Shown here one piece after another: positions 33,751 to 45,684 of a DNA stretch of 64,000 nt. Both the position numbers and the translations under genes were made by a program. The DNA comes from Leucoraja erinacea (taxonomy: Eukaryota): contig NC_073380.1 of the NCBI RefSeq assembly GCF_028641065.1, positions 66,216,001 to 66,280,000 on the forward strand. Direction: 5' to 3'. Numbering within the stretch: the first letter of the stretch is position 1; the number at the start of each line of letters is the position of its first letter. The notes beneath the pieces were generated by a model. It saw only the letters and a list, made by a program, of their open reading frames with translations. It searched no databases and was not told where the DNA came from.

Positions 33751-35618
33751 GATGCTCACAAAGGATGCGTAGTTTGCCCAAAAACACGAGGGGTATATTT
33801 CTGATCTTTCTCAAGATTGCAGAAACGTGGAGCATGCCAAATCAGGTTCGGATTTAGTTAGTCTGATCACGTGTTTGGTTACCCAGTTTAAGACGGATGA
33901 TTGGCTTCCAGCAATTTAGCTGATTCAGAGCATTAAGGCCTCAATCGAACTTGAAGATGCATACTTTGCCATATCTATACACGAGAGGCACAGATATATC
34001 TGGTGTTTTGATAACAAAGCCAGTGGTGGAAAGTGTAGGCTCTACCTGGGGGTTGTCTTCAGTCCTAGGCTATTTACAAAGATTCTAAAGCTAATTCTGC
34101 CCTACTCAGATTAAAAGGGCATTGTGCCATGGTGTTTATAGACGACATGCAAAATTTGTAGCTGATAAAACAGGGGTTTATCAGTAGATGCCTCTTACGA
34201 TATTAAGGATGAGGCAACATGAAATTTAATAGTGCCAACTTTGCCCACTTATTCAGGGTGTCCATGGTAAAGACGGCTGAAAGAAGCTCCTAATTACTTG
34301 AAGTCACGAGTGATGGCTAGTTCAGCCTTTTTCCCGGGCAGCTAGCTCTGCACGATTGTATGGGAAGTTTGTGAATAAGACATGTGAGCTACTTCTAAAC
34401 GGAAGTAGCAGAGGTTTGTGTCTTTTTCAGTTTGGGCTTAGAGAAGCGATTATGTTATTGCACAATTGACACTGCTTGTGCTGCTTTGTCATTCTCTATA
34501 GTCCCATAAGTGGGACGATAAATGATTGTTTATTCACCCGCTGTTGACTAACATTATGCAAGGTGTCTTTTATATGACCGCTCTAAAAGACTAGATTCAT
34601 AGTAGTGTGGAATATATATCAGTAAATTATTATGCAGATATTCATCTACTGTATTCCTAATGGGAGCAGTATCTTTTAAGCTGTTTATGCTTTTAGCAAC
34701 TGATTTCAGCACAAAGAACACAGCCTTTACTCAATATCTGGCTCGGCCTCTGGGTCATAACTGATATAAGGGTAGCTTGTTATGGGAATGATCTCATAAA
34801 GCAAAATGGGCATGGTTGCGTACAATTTGGAGTTGACAGCATACCCACCAGATCGGAGATTGGGGGTGTTATTATGTATACAGGTACACTGAGCTTGCTA
34901 GTAAATATGAGATGAAGGATACTTGCTTCATTGTTATTTAATAGTTTTCTCAAGAGATTGCTGATGGCTCATTAGCAGCCAATAGAATGGATATTCCCAT
35001 TTGATCATCTTCTTGCGACAGCAGGAGGCTTACATAGTGTGCTTTCAGAAGTTATAAAATTTGGTTGCCTGGATGTTTGCAGATAGAATTCTGAACAATG
35101 TTGCATGAGATATTGGCTAACTCAAAGCCAATTGGGATTGTGGTCCAATTCAGGGCAATGGCCATGTATGCCAGTTAGCATCATGGTGTTAATAACCCAT
35201 GTCTTTCTACCATTTATGGTTTAATCTGTTTAAGTGTTTCACACACAGATTGGGTTACTGCATGAAACCACAGAGCTTTGAAGGCTTCATGTAGTCACTC
35301 ACGTGACTTCGAAATAAAATAGAAAGATTAAACGAAAACTTACCATTTGAAGTTTGATCTTTATTTTATGAGAAGTTGAAATGAGGGATTACGTGCCCTC
35401 CACTCCCAACCCTGAATCTCATAAAGATCATTCAGTAACTCAATGGTTCTTAATCTTTCTATAGTTTAAGTTTGTGCAAGTGGTCTGTGGTTCATACAGT
35501 TGCTCTGAAGATTGATGCGCATGTGGGCTGGTGGGCTCTTCACGTAATCCCTCACTTCAACTTCGCATAAAATAAAGATGAAACTTCAAACGGTAACTTT
35601 TCGTTTAATCTTTCTATT

Positions 35619-36020
35619 AAAGTAGAAAGCAGTTCAGACTCTAAAGTAGTTACTCTAAAGAGTCTAAAGTAGTTCAGGCTCAGTCATGCATATTGAATGC
35701 GGGCTCTCTGCAAAGCAATCACACAATCTGTATTTTGGGTTTCTCCAGAGTAGAGGAGACTATAGAGTGAGCACAGAAGAAAGTATAGGCAGCATCTCTG
35801 GAGAGAAGGAATGGATGACGTTCCGGGTCAAGACCCTTTTTCAGACTAAAATGTCACTCATTCCTTTTCTCCAGAGATGCTGCCTATCTTCGGTTTAAAC
35901 CAGCATCTACAATTCCTTCCTACACAGAACACGTTACACCTGATTGCAAGTGAACAGGTGTTTCACATGGAAGGACTGTTTGGATCCCCTGATTGTAGTA
36001 AGGGTAGAGTTAAATAGACA
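35619..36020 (-). mobile_element. old Penelope remnant (host of DIRS #2, continuing from about 30155-30537) containing a fold-back pLTR fragment
   Basis: Minus strand at about 35700-35778 reads LCSLYSLLYSGETQ, a decayed GIY-YIG; hairpin at 35785-35887. Confidence 0.6.
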
Positions 36021-36034
36021 GATTTAGAGATTAG

Positions 36035-36515
36035 AGTTTAGACGTAACGAGCGGAAACAGGCCCTTCCTCCCACCATATCCGTGCCAACCTGTAATCTCT
36101 GTGCACTACTACTATCCTACACATTAGGACACTTTATAATCCTTACCAAAGCCAACTAACCTACAAACCTGTACGTCTTTGGAGTGTGGGAAGAAACCGG
36201 AGCACTCGGGGAAAACCCATGTTTAGTTTAGAAATGCAGCGCGGAAACAGGCCCTTCGCCCCTATATGTCCCTGCCGACCAGCGATACCCGCACACTAAC
36301 ACTATCCTACACAAACTAGGGACATTTTACAAAATACCGAAGCCAATTAACTTACAATCCTATATGTCTTTTGAGCGTGGAAGGAAACTAGAGCACACAG
36401 AGAATTGGGTGGTCATGGGGAGAATGTACAAACTCTGTACAGACAGCACCCATTGTCAGGATCAAACTCAGGTCATGGGCGCTGTAGGCAACAACTCTTA
36501 CCGCTGCTCCACAGT
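36035..36515 (-). mobile_element. two adjacent V-type SINE copies
   Basis: gcggaaacaggcccttc...actatcctacac...aagccaa occurs twice (about 36050 and 36241). Confidence 0.75.
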
Positions 36516-36859
36516 GCTGACAGATATTACACCTTCCACTGTTGCATGGGAAATTTCCTTGACAAAGAAAGTGATTGGAGGAAATCGAAGAAAGGACCAG
36601 GCAGTCCAAGGAAATGCTCCATTCAAAAGTGGCCCGGAAGATATGTCAGGTGTGGAATCCTATTGAAGGAAGTAGAAATTGCAAATGAAGATCATTTGAA
36701 CGTGAGGGCTGATGGGGTGGCAAGTAAGAACTCTATCCTCGCTCCATCTAGTTGGAGAGGAGGTGCGGACAGGTGTGCAGGAAATCACTGAGATGCGATT
36801 AAGGCTCCATCAATATTGTAGACTGGAAGCCTTGGCTCAGGAGAGTTTGCAAAGTATTA

Positions 36860-37408
36860 TCTGATCGTCCCATTTCAGGAAGGATTTGGAGGCTTTGGAG
36901 AGGGGGCAGAAGTGGTTTACCAGAATGCAGCCTGGATTATAGAGCATTAGCTATAACTAGATATATATTGTTGGATGTTGAAGGGTGCAGCGAGGTTTAC
37001 CAGTATGCTGCCTGGATTAGAGCGTTTTAGAAAAATGAGTGTTTAGCCAACCTTGGATTGTTTTCTCTGGAACGTTGGAGGTTGAAGAGAGACCCAATAA
37101 TTTACAAAATTATACGAGGCATAGATTGGTAGACTGCCACAATCATTTTCCCAGGGTATAAATGTCAAGGATTAGAGGGCATAGCTTTAAGGTGAAAGGG
37201 GCAATGTTTAAAGGATATGTGTGATGTGTGTTTTTTGCACAGAGGGTGGTTTAGTTAAGAGGTTTTTAGATAGGCACATGTATGTGCAGAGAATGGAGGG
37301 ATGTGACTCATATGCAGGCAGAGTAGATTGGTTTAACTTGGCATCATATTTGGCACAGATATTTTGGGCTTGTTCCTGTGCTGTACTGTACTGTTCTGTG
37401 TTCTATAT
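36860..37408 (+). mobile_element. CR1 3' fragment with a local duplication
   Basis: ggtttaccagaatgcagcctggattatagagc repeated as ggtttaccagtatgctgcctggattagagcg; 3' UTR ctgtgctgtactgtactgttctgtgttcta. Confidence 0.7.
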
Positions 37409-37410
37409 TA

Positions 37411-37801
37411 GCGTGGATTGTCACCTTGTCGTGGTAGAGAAGCTTGTGTGGACCTGAGATCCTGAGAGCGATGCTGTCTGGAGCTATGCTCCTGGTAGGG
37501 CCACCCATGGCGGTAAAGGCGAGGGGAGGTCTCTGACAAAGAGCAATTGAACTCAAAGGTGGAACAAGCGGAGGATGATAGCTGACCTTAGTGGAATGTC
37601 ACAACGGCTGGGAAGGCGGATGAAGGCTGCAGCAGAAAAGGGTCTCCGATCATCTTGGACTCCATGCCACTGGATCCTGACCCAGATCTGTCTGTGCACC
37701 AGTCTCCCCACATTAAACAAAGTCACGCACAAGCGTCCTCCATATAGGGAATAGCACCCGGAAACACCCATGGCTAGCCATGGCCGAAGGAGGCCTAAGA
37801 A
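37411..37801 (+). mobile_element. short non-autonomous RTE (Expander/Rex3-like 5' UTR) element, copy 1
   Basis: caccttgtcgtggtagagaagcttgtgtgg...ggtagggccacccatggc resembles RTE-clade 5' UTRs; homologous to 59424-59842. Confidence 0.65.
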
Positions 37802-38689
37802 TTATTGTAAGGACAGATATGACTGAGATAGTGCAAGTGGGATCAAAAAACTATCTGCCTGCCCTGTCGGCTTCAATTTGCACATCTGCTCAAGAAAGGA
37901 ATCAAAGTATATGGGGATAATGCAGGAACTGATTTTGGATGATCAGCCATGATCATATTGAATCGTGGTGCTGGCTCAACTCTACATATCTTCGGATTTT
38001 CCACCGATGATCGAAGGGTCCTGCAAGGCCGAGCACAAGTTAACCTCTGGGTATGGCAAGTGTTAAGGGAGGTAAACAAAACATTGACCCTTATTATAAG
38101 AGGGTTGGAGTAGACATCTTACTGCAATTGTAATGAACCCTAATGAGGCCATACCTGCACCGTTCTGTTCAGGGCTTACCTCCCCAACTAAGGAAGAATA
38201 TACTTGAGACAGAGGAAGTGCCAGAAAAATCATTGGGATGAGATAAGACCGCACCTCTTGAGGACAGAAGTATGAGAAGTGATCTCATTGAAATATGAAG
38301 AATTCTAATGGGGTAGTCAGGGGTGCCCCGGTTGGGGATCTAAGACGAAACTCTTTCATCCAGAGGATGATGACCCTTTGGAATTCCTCCCAATAAAGAT
38401 TCTATCAGTATCGTTTGGTTTATTGTCACATGTACCGAGGTACAGTGAAAAGCTTTTTATTGTGTGCTATACAGTCAGAGGAAAGACAACACATGATACA
38501 TCGAGCCATTTACAGTGTATAGATACATGATGTATAACATTTAGTGCAAAATAAAGACAGTAGAGTCTGATAAAGGATTGTCTGAGGGGCACCAATGAGG
38601 TAGACAGTTGTTGAGGACTGCTCTCTTGTTGTGAGATGATTATTCTGTTGCCTGATAACAGCTGGGAAGAAACTGTCGCTGAATCTGAG

Positions 38690-39350
38690 GTAGACAAAAA
38701 TGCTGAGAAACTCAGCGGGTGAGGCAGCATCTATGGAGCGAAGGAAATAGGCAACGTTTCGGGTCGAAACCCTTCTTCAGACTGATATGAGGGTGGGGGG
38801 AGGGGGGGGGGTGCTGGAAGAAGAAGAAAGGAAGAGGTGGAGCCAGTGGGCTGAGGGAGGGAGAGATGAGAAGGGGAAGGAGAAAGCAGGGACTACCTGT
38901 AATTATAGAAGTCAATGTTCATACCGCTGGGGTGCAAACTGCCCAAGTGAAATATGAGGTGCTGCTCCTCCAATTTACAGTGGTCCTCACTCTGGCCATG
39001 GAAGAGGCCCAGGACAGAAAGGTCGGATTTGAATGGGAGGGCGAGTTGGTGCTGAGCCACCAGGAGATCAGGTTGGTTATTGTGAACCGAGCTGAGGTGT
39101 TCTGCAAAGCGACCACCAAGCCTATGCTTGATCTCACCGATGTAGAGCAGCTGACATCTAGAGGAGTGGATGCAATAGATGAGGTTGGAGGAGGTGCAGG
39201 TGAACCTCTACCGCACTTGGAACGACTGCTTGGGTCCTTGAATGGAGTCAAGGAGGGAGTTAAAGCGACAAGTGTAGCATTTTCTGTGGTTGCAAGGGAA
39301 AGTGTCCAGAGAGGGGGTGGTACGGGTGGGAAGGGACAAACTGACCAGGA
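38690..39350 (-). mobile_element. Penelope-like element 3' part (GIY-YIG plus pLTR)
   Basis: Minus strand reads IYCIHSSRCQLLYIGEIKHRLGGRFAEHL; homologous to 6005-6805; hammerhead-like motif at 38752-38780. Confidence 0.88.
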
Positions 39351-39623
39351 ATTTGGAGGTGTGTTTTCACACTTCCAAACCTTTTGCCTGATGGGAGAGG
39401 GGAGAAGAGGGAGGGCCAAGGTGTGACTCATCCTTGATTATGCTGTTGGCCTTGCTGAGGTAGCTTGAGGTATAAATGGAAGCCATGGAAGGGCTTGTGT
39501 GATGGCCTGGGCTACGTCCACAATTCGCTGCAATTTCATGCGGTCTTGGATGGAGCTGTTCCCAAACCAAGCTGTTATGCATCCTAATAATATGCTTTCC
39601 ATGGTGCATCTGTAGAAGTTGGT

Positions 39624-39839
39624 TGTAAATAAGTTAAGTCTGACACACTGTAACTTTACTGAGCATTTAATAAAGGCACATGTGAAGCACGTCCCAGTAC
39701 TGACTGCATCTAGTCTTCAGGCGTACTGGAACCAAGGGAGGAGCAAGGGGAAGATATCACAGTTATACTGAGATGACTAAGGCATGGTTAGTGGTATTGA
39801 GGTAGCTACATTATAGGTTGCATGCATAAACCATCTACA
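39624..39839 (-). repeat. 3' LTR (216 bp)
   Basis: Direct repeat of 44222-44422; preceded on the minus strand by the polypurine tract. Confidence 0.95.
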
Positions 39840-39907
39840 TCCTGTCCCTTAGAAATCTGAAATTTAAGTTAGAACAGTGGCAGTGTGATTATACAACACA
39901 TGCAAAT

Positions 39908-42900
39908 TCAGGCGAAATCACCGTAGCAGACAGGAGGTTTGACAACCTGACCCAAGCGTGCACGTATAGCAACATCACCCTCCCCACCAGATAGAAGAGG
40001 AGGCGGAGCAGCAGCAGCCGGGAAGGAGAAAGCAGGTGGAGACCCAACCGGGAATGCGGGAGGTGACCCAGCCGGCATGGGTGATTCAGGAGGAGGAGAT
40101 GGAGGAGAAGGAGGAGAAGGAGAACAAGCAGGGGAGGAGATCATGTGCCCAAAACCAGGAGGCACAGAGGGAGGAGAACGCGGCAAGCGAATGGACTGGG
40201 GCATGCAGGGAGATGTGGGGTAATTAGTAATGACAGGCTGGAAGTGCAACAGAGGAGCGTAAGGATCCGCAGGAGGAGGCTGCGGCTCATTAACGGCCAA
40301 CAGGTGGTGGCGGCTCTGGCGGTAATCAGTTCCATCAAAGTCCACCAGGTAAGATCTCGGGGAGTCGTCCAACAACGGCCGCGAGTCGGGAGAATCCGGT
40401 GGCTGTCTGCATGCGGACGACCTGGCCAGGCAGTAGTGGTGAGAGCGGTCGGCAGGACTTGGCGTGAGAGCGGCGCTGTACCTCATGCTTGTGGGCAATC
40501 TGTTGCTGGACGGCGGCAGGCTGGAGGACCTTGGGCACCAGGGATTGTTGGGCGATCGGCATCGGTGGGCGAAGCACGTGGGGCATCAGACGCTGGGCAG
40601 GGGATCACATGGTAGGGTCCCGTGAGATGATGCGAAGGTTGAGTAGACCCAGGTAGAAGTCACCATTGGAGAGACGAGACTGCTCGAGCAAATTCTTGGC
40701 ACTGCGGACAGCTCGCTCGGCCAGGCCGTTGCTCTGTGGGTATTCAGGGCTGCTGGTGTAGTGAGTGAAGTTCCACTTCCTAGCGAAAGCCTGGAATTCT
40801 GAGCTGGTGAACTGACGGCCGTTGTCGGTCTGTAAGCGGACCGGGGACCCGAAGGTAGCAAAGTGTCTGCGCAGCTTACTGATAACCATTTCAGAGGTGA
40901 TAGCAGGGAGAAGGTCCACTTCGAACCAGTTGGAGTATGAATCAACCAACACCAGGTAGTGCTTGCCTCGCCATTCGAAAATGTCAGCAGCCAGCGAGGT
41001 CCAGGGCATAGCAGGCGCAGGCTGCTGCAGAAGTGGCTGGCGCTGCTGATGTGGGGCCAGGGTGTTGCAATCAGGACAGGAGGCTACTCGGGCTTTAATG
41101 TACTTGGCCATGCCGGGCCAATAGTATTGTTCTTGGGCATGTGAGACGGTGGCATCGGCACCGGGATGCCCCATGTGAGCAGCGTTGTAGTACAAGTCGT
41201 ATAGGGAGGCAGGGACGACCACCTTGTGACCCTTGATGATGATACCGTCCCGGAGCACAAGCTCGTCGCGGACCAGAAAGAAAGGGTGGGCGCCCGCAGG
41301 CAGTGAGGTGCGTCTGCTGGGCCACCCCTGCTGTTGACAGCTGCGAGCTGTTGCAGGTCGGGGTCGTTGGCAGTGTGCTCAACCAGGCACTGCAGCTGCT
41401 TAGAGGGAACAAAGTTGACATTGAGTACCTGCAGATCCTCCTGCTCGTAGGGGTGCCTGTCACAGGAGGAGCGGGGGGCCTGGGACAGCGTGTCGGCCAC
41501 ATGCATCTCGGTACCCTTCTTGTACATGATTAGAAAGTCAAACTGCTGGAGCTGTAGCATCATGCACTGGAGCCTGGCTGGAGCCATGTGGATAGGCTTA
41601 TTGAGGATGGTCACCAAGGGTTGATGATCCACCTCGACGGTGAACCTGGTACCGAAAAAGAAGTCCTTGAACTTGGAGCAGGCGAATACAACCGCAAGAA
41701 GTTCCTTCTCGATTTGTGCATATCGTTGCTCAGTGTCTGTCATGGTACGCGAGGCATAAGAAATGGGCTGTAGCGAGCCGTCATCATGGAGTTGCAGGCA
41801 GGCAGCACCGAGTCCGAAATGGGAAGCATCGCATGTAACTACAATCGGACGTTGAAGATCGAAAAACTTGAGAGTCGCTAATCAGCTTTGTTTTGAGAAG
41901 GTCGAAAGCCTGCTGGTGTTGGGGAAATCAGGACCAGGCAATGTTTTTTTTCGTCAGTTGCCTCAGGGGTGCGCTCAACTCGCAGAGGTCAGGGATGAAC
42001 TTTCCCAAGTAGTTGACCATGCCCAGGAATCGCTGCAGGCTGGTCACGTTGGTCGGGGCAGGCAGCTCGGAGATAGCGTTGGTTTTCTGCGGATCGGGTT
42101 TCAGCCCGTGAGCTGTGAAGATGTGGCCAAAATAGGGTACTTCAGCTACACGGAACTTGCACTTTGACAAGTTGAGTTTTAAGTTGATCTGGCGAGCGCG
42201 GTCTAGAAATCGTCGGAGGTTGTGGTCGTGCTCAGCAGCATCTTTCCCGTTAACCAGGATGTCATCCACGATAATGGCACATGGCAGGCCAGCAAACAGT
42301 TGCTCCATGGAGCATTGAAACACTTCACTAGCAGAGTTGATGCCAAACGGCATCCGCAAAAATATGAATCTTTCAAAGGGGGTGCCAAAAGTGGTTAAGT
42401 CTGAGGAGTGTTTTTCTAGAGGTATTTGCCAGAATGAGCTCCTGGCATCAAGGACAGAGAACACCGTGGCCTGACCGACCTGGGCAGCAACATCTTCTAC
42501 AGTCCTCATGGGATAATGAGGACATCTTATAGCTAGATTTAAGTCTTTGGGGTTGATGCACACCCGTATCTCGCTCTTACCCTTCTTCATTGTGGCGACC
42601 ATGGTGGAGACCCACTCGGTGGGATCGCTGACAGCTTCAAGCACTCCCATGTGAACCATGTTCTTAAGCATTGCTTCGACCTTGCCCTTCATGGCAAATG
42701 ACACCCTATGCGGAGCACGGACCACTGGTACAACCGACGGGTCAGTTGCGATCTTGTACACAAGGGGCAGCTTACCCAGTTCATCATCGAATAGGTCAGG
42801 GTATTCAGAAAGTGGATTCAGCATCACCCGCACTTCGTGGACAGTACGGTCAAAGGACACTAGCCCGAGATCCTGACATCCTGACATCCTGATCAAGCCT

Positions 42901-44136
42901 CATTGCTCAACAGAGTCACACAGTCGCAGTCAAGAATGAAGAACGACAGGTCTCTCGAAGATTTCTTCAGCACACAGTGGAAGGTGGCCCTCCCCACAGG
43001 TTTTAGCTCCTCTCCCCCATAAGTACACAATATGGAGCGATCAGCAGTTAACAGCTCATTATTTCTAACCTTCCTGAACAGGGATGTTGACATAACATTC
43101 ACCTTCGCCCCCGTGTCTAGCTTGGCAGTGAAGGATTTGTTGTTGACAGTGACTAGTACAGAAGGATCGGGAATGCGAGGTTGATTATGAAGGAGAGAAT
43201 AAACACTGGCATCTCCCATGGAAATACTGGGCTCAGAGTCGAGGGCAGTGTCGACAGAAGACTGGGAACCGAATTCGTTATCAACTTGTTGCAGGTTGTT
43301 TAAAACTTGTCTGGGAGCTGGTGGAACATTCCCATGGGAGCGACAGGCAGCTGAGAAATGGTTCATCTTCTTACAGAAATTACAAGCTTTACCAAATGCT
43401 GGACACTGCGACTGCATAGAGTGGACATAATTACAGTTGGGGCACTTTTTAACAAGCGGGACCCGAGCGGCATGTCAGCCGCGGTGCAGGGCGAAACGTT
43501 GTCTTGCTTGCGGCGGGGCATAGCAACACCAGTCGGATTAATAGCCCGATTGTCAGATCCCCTCTGCCCATGTAGCGGGGCAACCACCTCAGCTAGTCTG
43601 CATGCATGCATAGCTTCAGTCAGGGTGAGATCCGGTTTTTGCAGCAGCTAGGCTCGTAACTTCTGATCTAGCATGCCGGTGACTAAAATATCTCTAGTGA
43701 GCTGATCACACATGTTCTCGAAACGGCACCGGCACCGCTGAGCAAGGTAGTGCAGGTCAGCGATAAAACATTCAACAGGTTCATCAGGCTGCTGTTTCCT
43801 TGTAAAGAATCTAGCCCGTTCCAATATACGGATGGAGGGCAAGTCACATATCTCCGCAAACTTGCGTAAGAGACATACCGGGTCGTTGGCAGACTCCGCT
43901 GGCTCGACGACCTGGTCGTTGTCATCCAGGACCGCTGGATTGTAGATGAAAGTCCAAGCTCGTTTCATGACATCGGGACCGGCAAGGTTCAGCAGTAGTA
44001 AGGCTTTGACCGCATCAGGGTAATTTCAGTGCACGTTGTTGATGAAGTGGTTGTAGTCCATCACGAAAGTAGCCCATCGCTCCGCAATGTCAGCATCAAA
44101 GACAAGGGGAGAGGGCTTGTGGCACGAGAATGCCAT
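39908..44136 (-). pseudogene. frameshifted gag-pol of the Gypsy element
   Basis: Gag start MAFSCHKPSPL; zinc knuckle CNFCKKMNHFSAAC; protease LDTGAKVN; RT IIVDDILV; RNase H YAQIEKELLAVVFA; integrase HMGH..CPDC, DIFE, TDNGRQF, SNGLAER; split over at least 7 ORFs. Confidence 0.93.
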
Positions 44137-44221
44137 GGCAAAGAGGGAATTAAACACTAGTAAAACTAAGGGCAAATAAAACCCGATAAACAGGAGGCGT
44201 GCGTTAAACCAGCTGACACCA

Positions 44222-44422
44222 TGTAAAGAAGTTAAGTCTGACACACTGTAACTTTACTGAGCATGTGAAGCACGTCCCAGTATTGACTGCGTCTAGTCTT
44301 CAGGCGTACTGGAACCAAGGGAGGAGCAAGGGGAGGATATCACAGTTATACTGAGATGACTAAGGCGTGATTAGTGGTATTGAGGTAGCTGCATTATAGG
44401 TTGCATGCATAAACCATCTACA
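44222..44422 (-). repeat. 5' LTR (201 bp)
   Basis: Followed on the minus strand by PBS TGGTGTCAGCTGG (tRNA-Leu-like 3' complement). Confidence 0.95.
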
Positions 44423-45684
44423 TTGGTGATAGTTGAAGGGGACATGCCAAACTTCCTAGGCCTTCTAAGGAAGTAGAGGCATTGGTGTGCTTTCTTGGTT
44501 GTAGCTTCAATATGGGTGGTCCAGGAGAAGTTGTTGGTGATAGTTACTCCTGGGAATTTGAAGTTTTCAACCATCTTTACTTTGACGCTGTCAATGCAAA
44601 TTGGGGTGTGTGCACTGCTTCACTCCCTGAAGTCAATCACTATCTCCTTTGTCTTTCTGACATTGAGGTGAAGACACATGCTGCATATAAAGTCAATTCT
44701 CATAAACCTAAAAGAAAATTGTTACTCATTAAGATATTGAGGAAATCTAGGGATGTCGGCTAGTGCAGGACTGTGACACCGGGATAAGACATCAGACCTC
44801 ATCTGACTAAATGGCAGAGCAGGTACAAAGGGCTGAATAGGCTGTTCCTGCATCGATTTCCTACAAAGTTATGTGTTTTTTCTCTTCACTGTAGTACCAA
44901 AGAATGGTGAAAGCTCATGGAACCATGCCTGTATGAAGTAAGAAGGACAATAATGTGGACAGACAATATATTTAAAGAATCTCTTTAAAATAGCAGTCCA
45001 AATAAAGTGCCCCAAATGATTACTCTTCCAAATTAAACAAACTTGAACAAACAAAAGCTGGCTTCAGCTCAGCACGACACAGTTGGTTGACTTTGGCAAT
45101 GAAATGCAAGAAATTTCATTTCATTAGAAATTTAAATACATTTCAAAGCTTTAACATAAATGTTATGTCGTAGCAGCCACATGCTGATTCTCTTTGCCCA
45201 ATTGCTGATATCTCAGCATCTCATTGTCAGAGCTCTTTATCTCAATTGCGTCAAACCTTAAGAGTTGCAGTTGAACATAAACAGAGGGAAAGCAGGATAA
45301 TTGTCATGAGTCAAAGAAAAAGGGCACAAAGAAAAACGGGTTGTGTAATACATATCATACTGGTACAAGATTTAATAGATGTGACATAATGGATGAAGAC
45401 AATTTTGCTTTCCCACACTACATGAATTGTGGGCAGAACGTAATGTCAACAGAGGATTAGGCTTCTCTGCTGAACCAACAGCTGATCTCTATAGATGAAG
45501 GTTGGCATCTTGTAGAATCATGTTTGCCAATAGAAACAAGGACAATAGCTGACGCACTTTAAGTGTAACACACTGATGCATTTCATTGTGGCTTAATGGT
45601 AAACATATGGTTTAATTCCACAAAGCATAATGTAGGCACTTTCATAAGGATCATCCTCTGCGATAATCTGCAACACTGCTGCTC

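Larger units (their letters stand above)
30538..35618 (+). mobile_element. DIRS1-like tyrosine-recombinase retrotransposon #2 (complete termini, decayed ORFs)
   Basis: ITRs at about 30565-30599 and 35511-35545; ICR at about 35285-35395; RT remnants ASIELEDAYFAISIH, PRLFTKILK and MVFIDDM at about 33935-34150; YR remnants KLFMLLA..SAQRTQ at about 34680-34725. Confidence 0.9.
39624..44422 (-). mobile_element. full-length Ty3/Gypsy (Mag-like) LTR retrotransposon
   Basis: Two TG...CA LTRs; 5-bp TSD TTGGT at 39619-39623 and 44423-44427; PBS TGGTGTCAG; PPT AAGGGACAGGA; domain order gag-PR-RT-RH-INT. Confidence 0.97.
38400..44670 (-). mobile_element. Rex1/Babar LINE fragment split by Penelope and Gypsy insertions (pieces about 38400-38690, 39355-39623, 44428-44670)
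   Basis: VENFKFPGVTITNNFSWTTHI...LYFLRR..KFGMSPSTITN continues across the Gypsy TSD into FYRCTMESI. Confidence 0.75.

Noticed and set aside
33423-33804. Repeat-protein-like ORF (GKQLGCRHPTTKI) and array
   Set aside because: Simple tandem DNA repeat with indels that shift the frame; no spacers and no splice or coding evidence.
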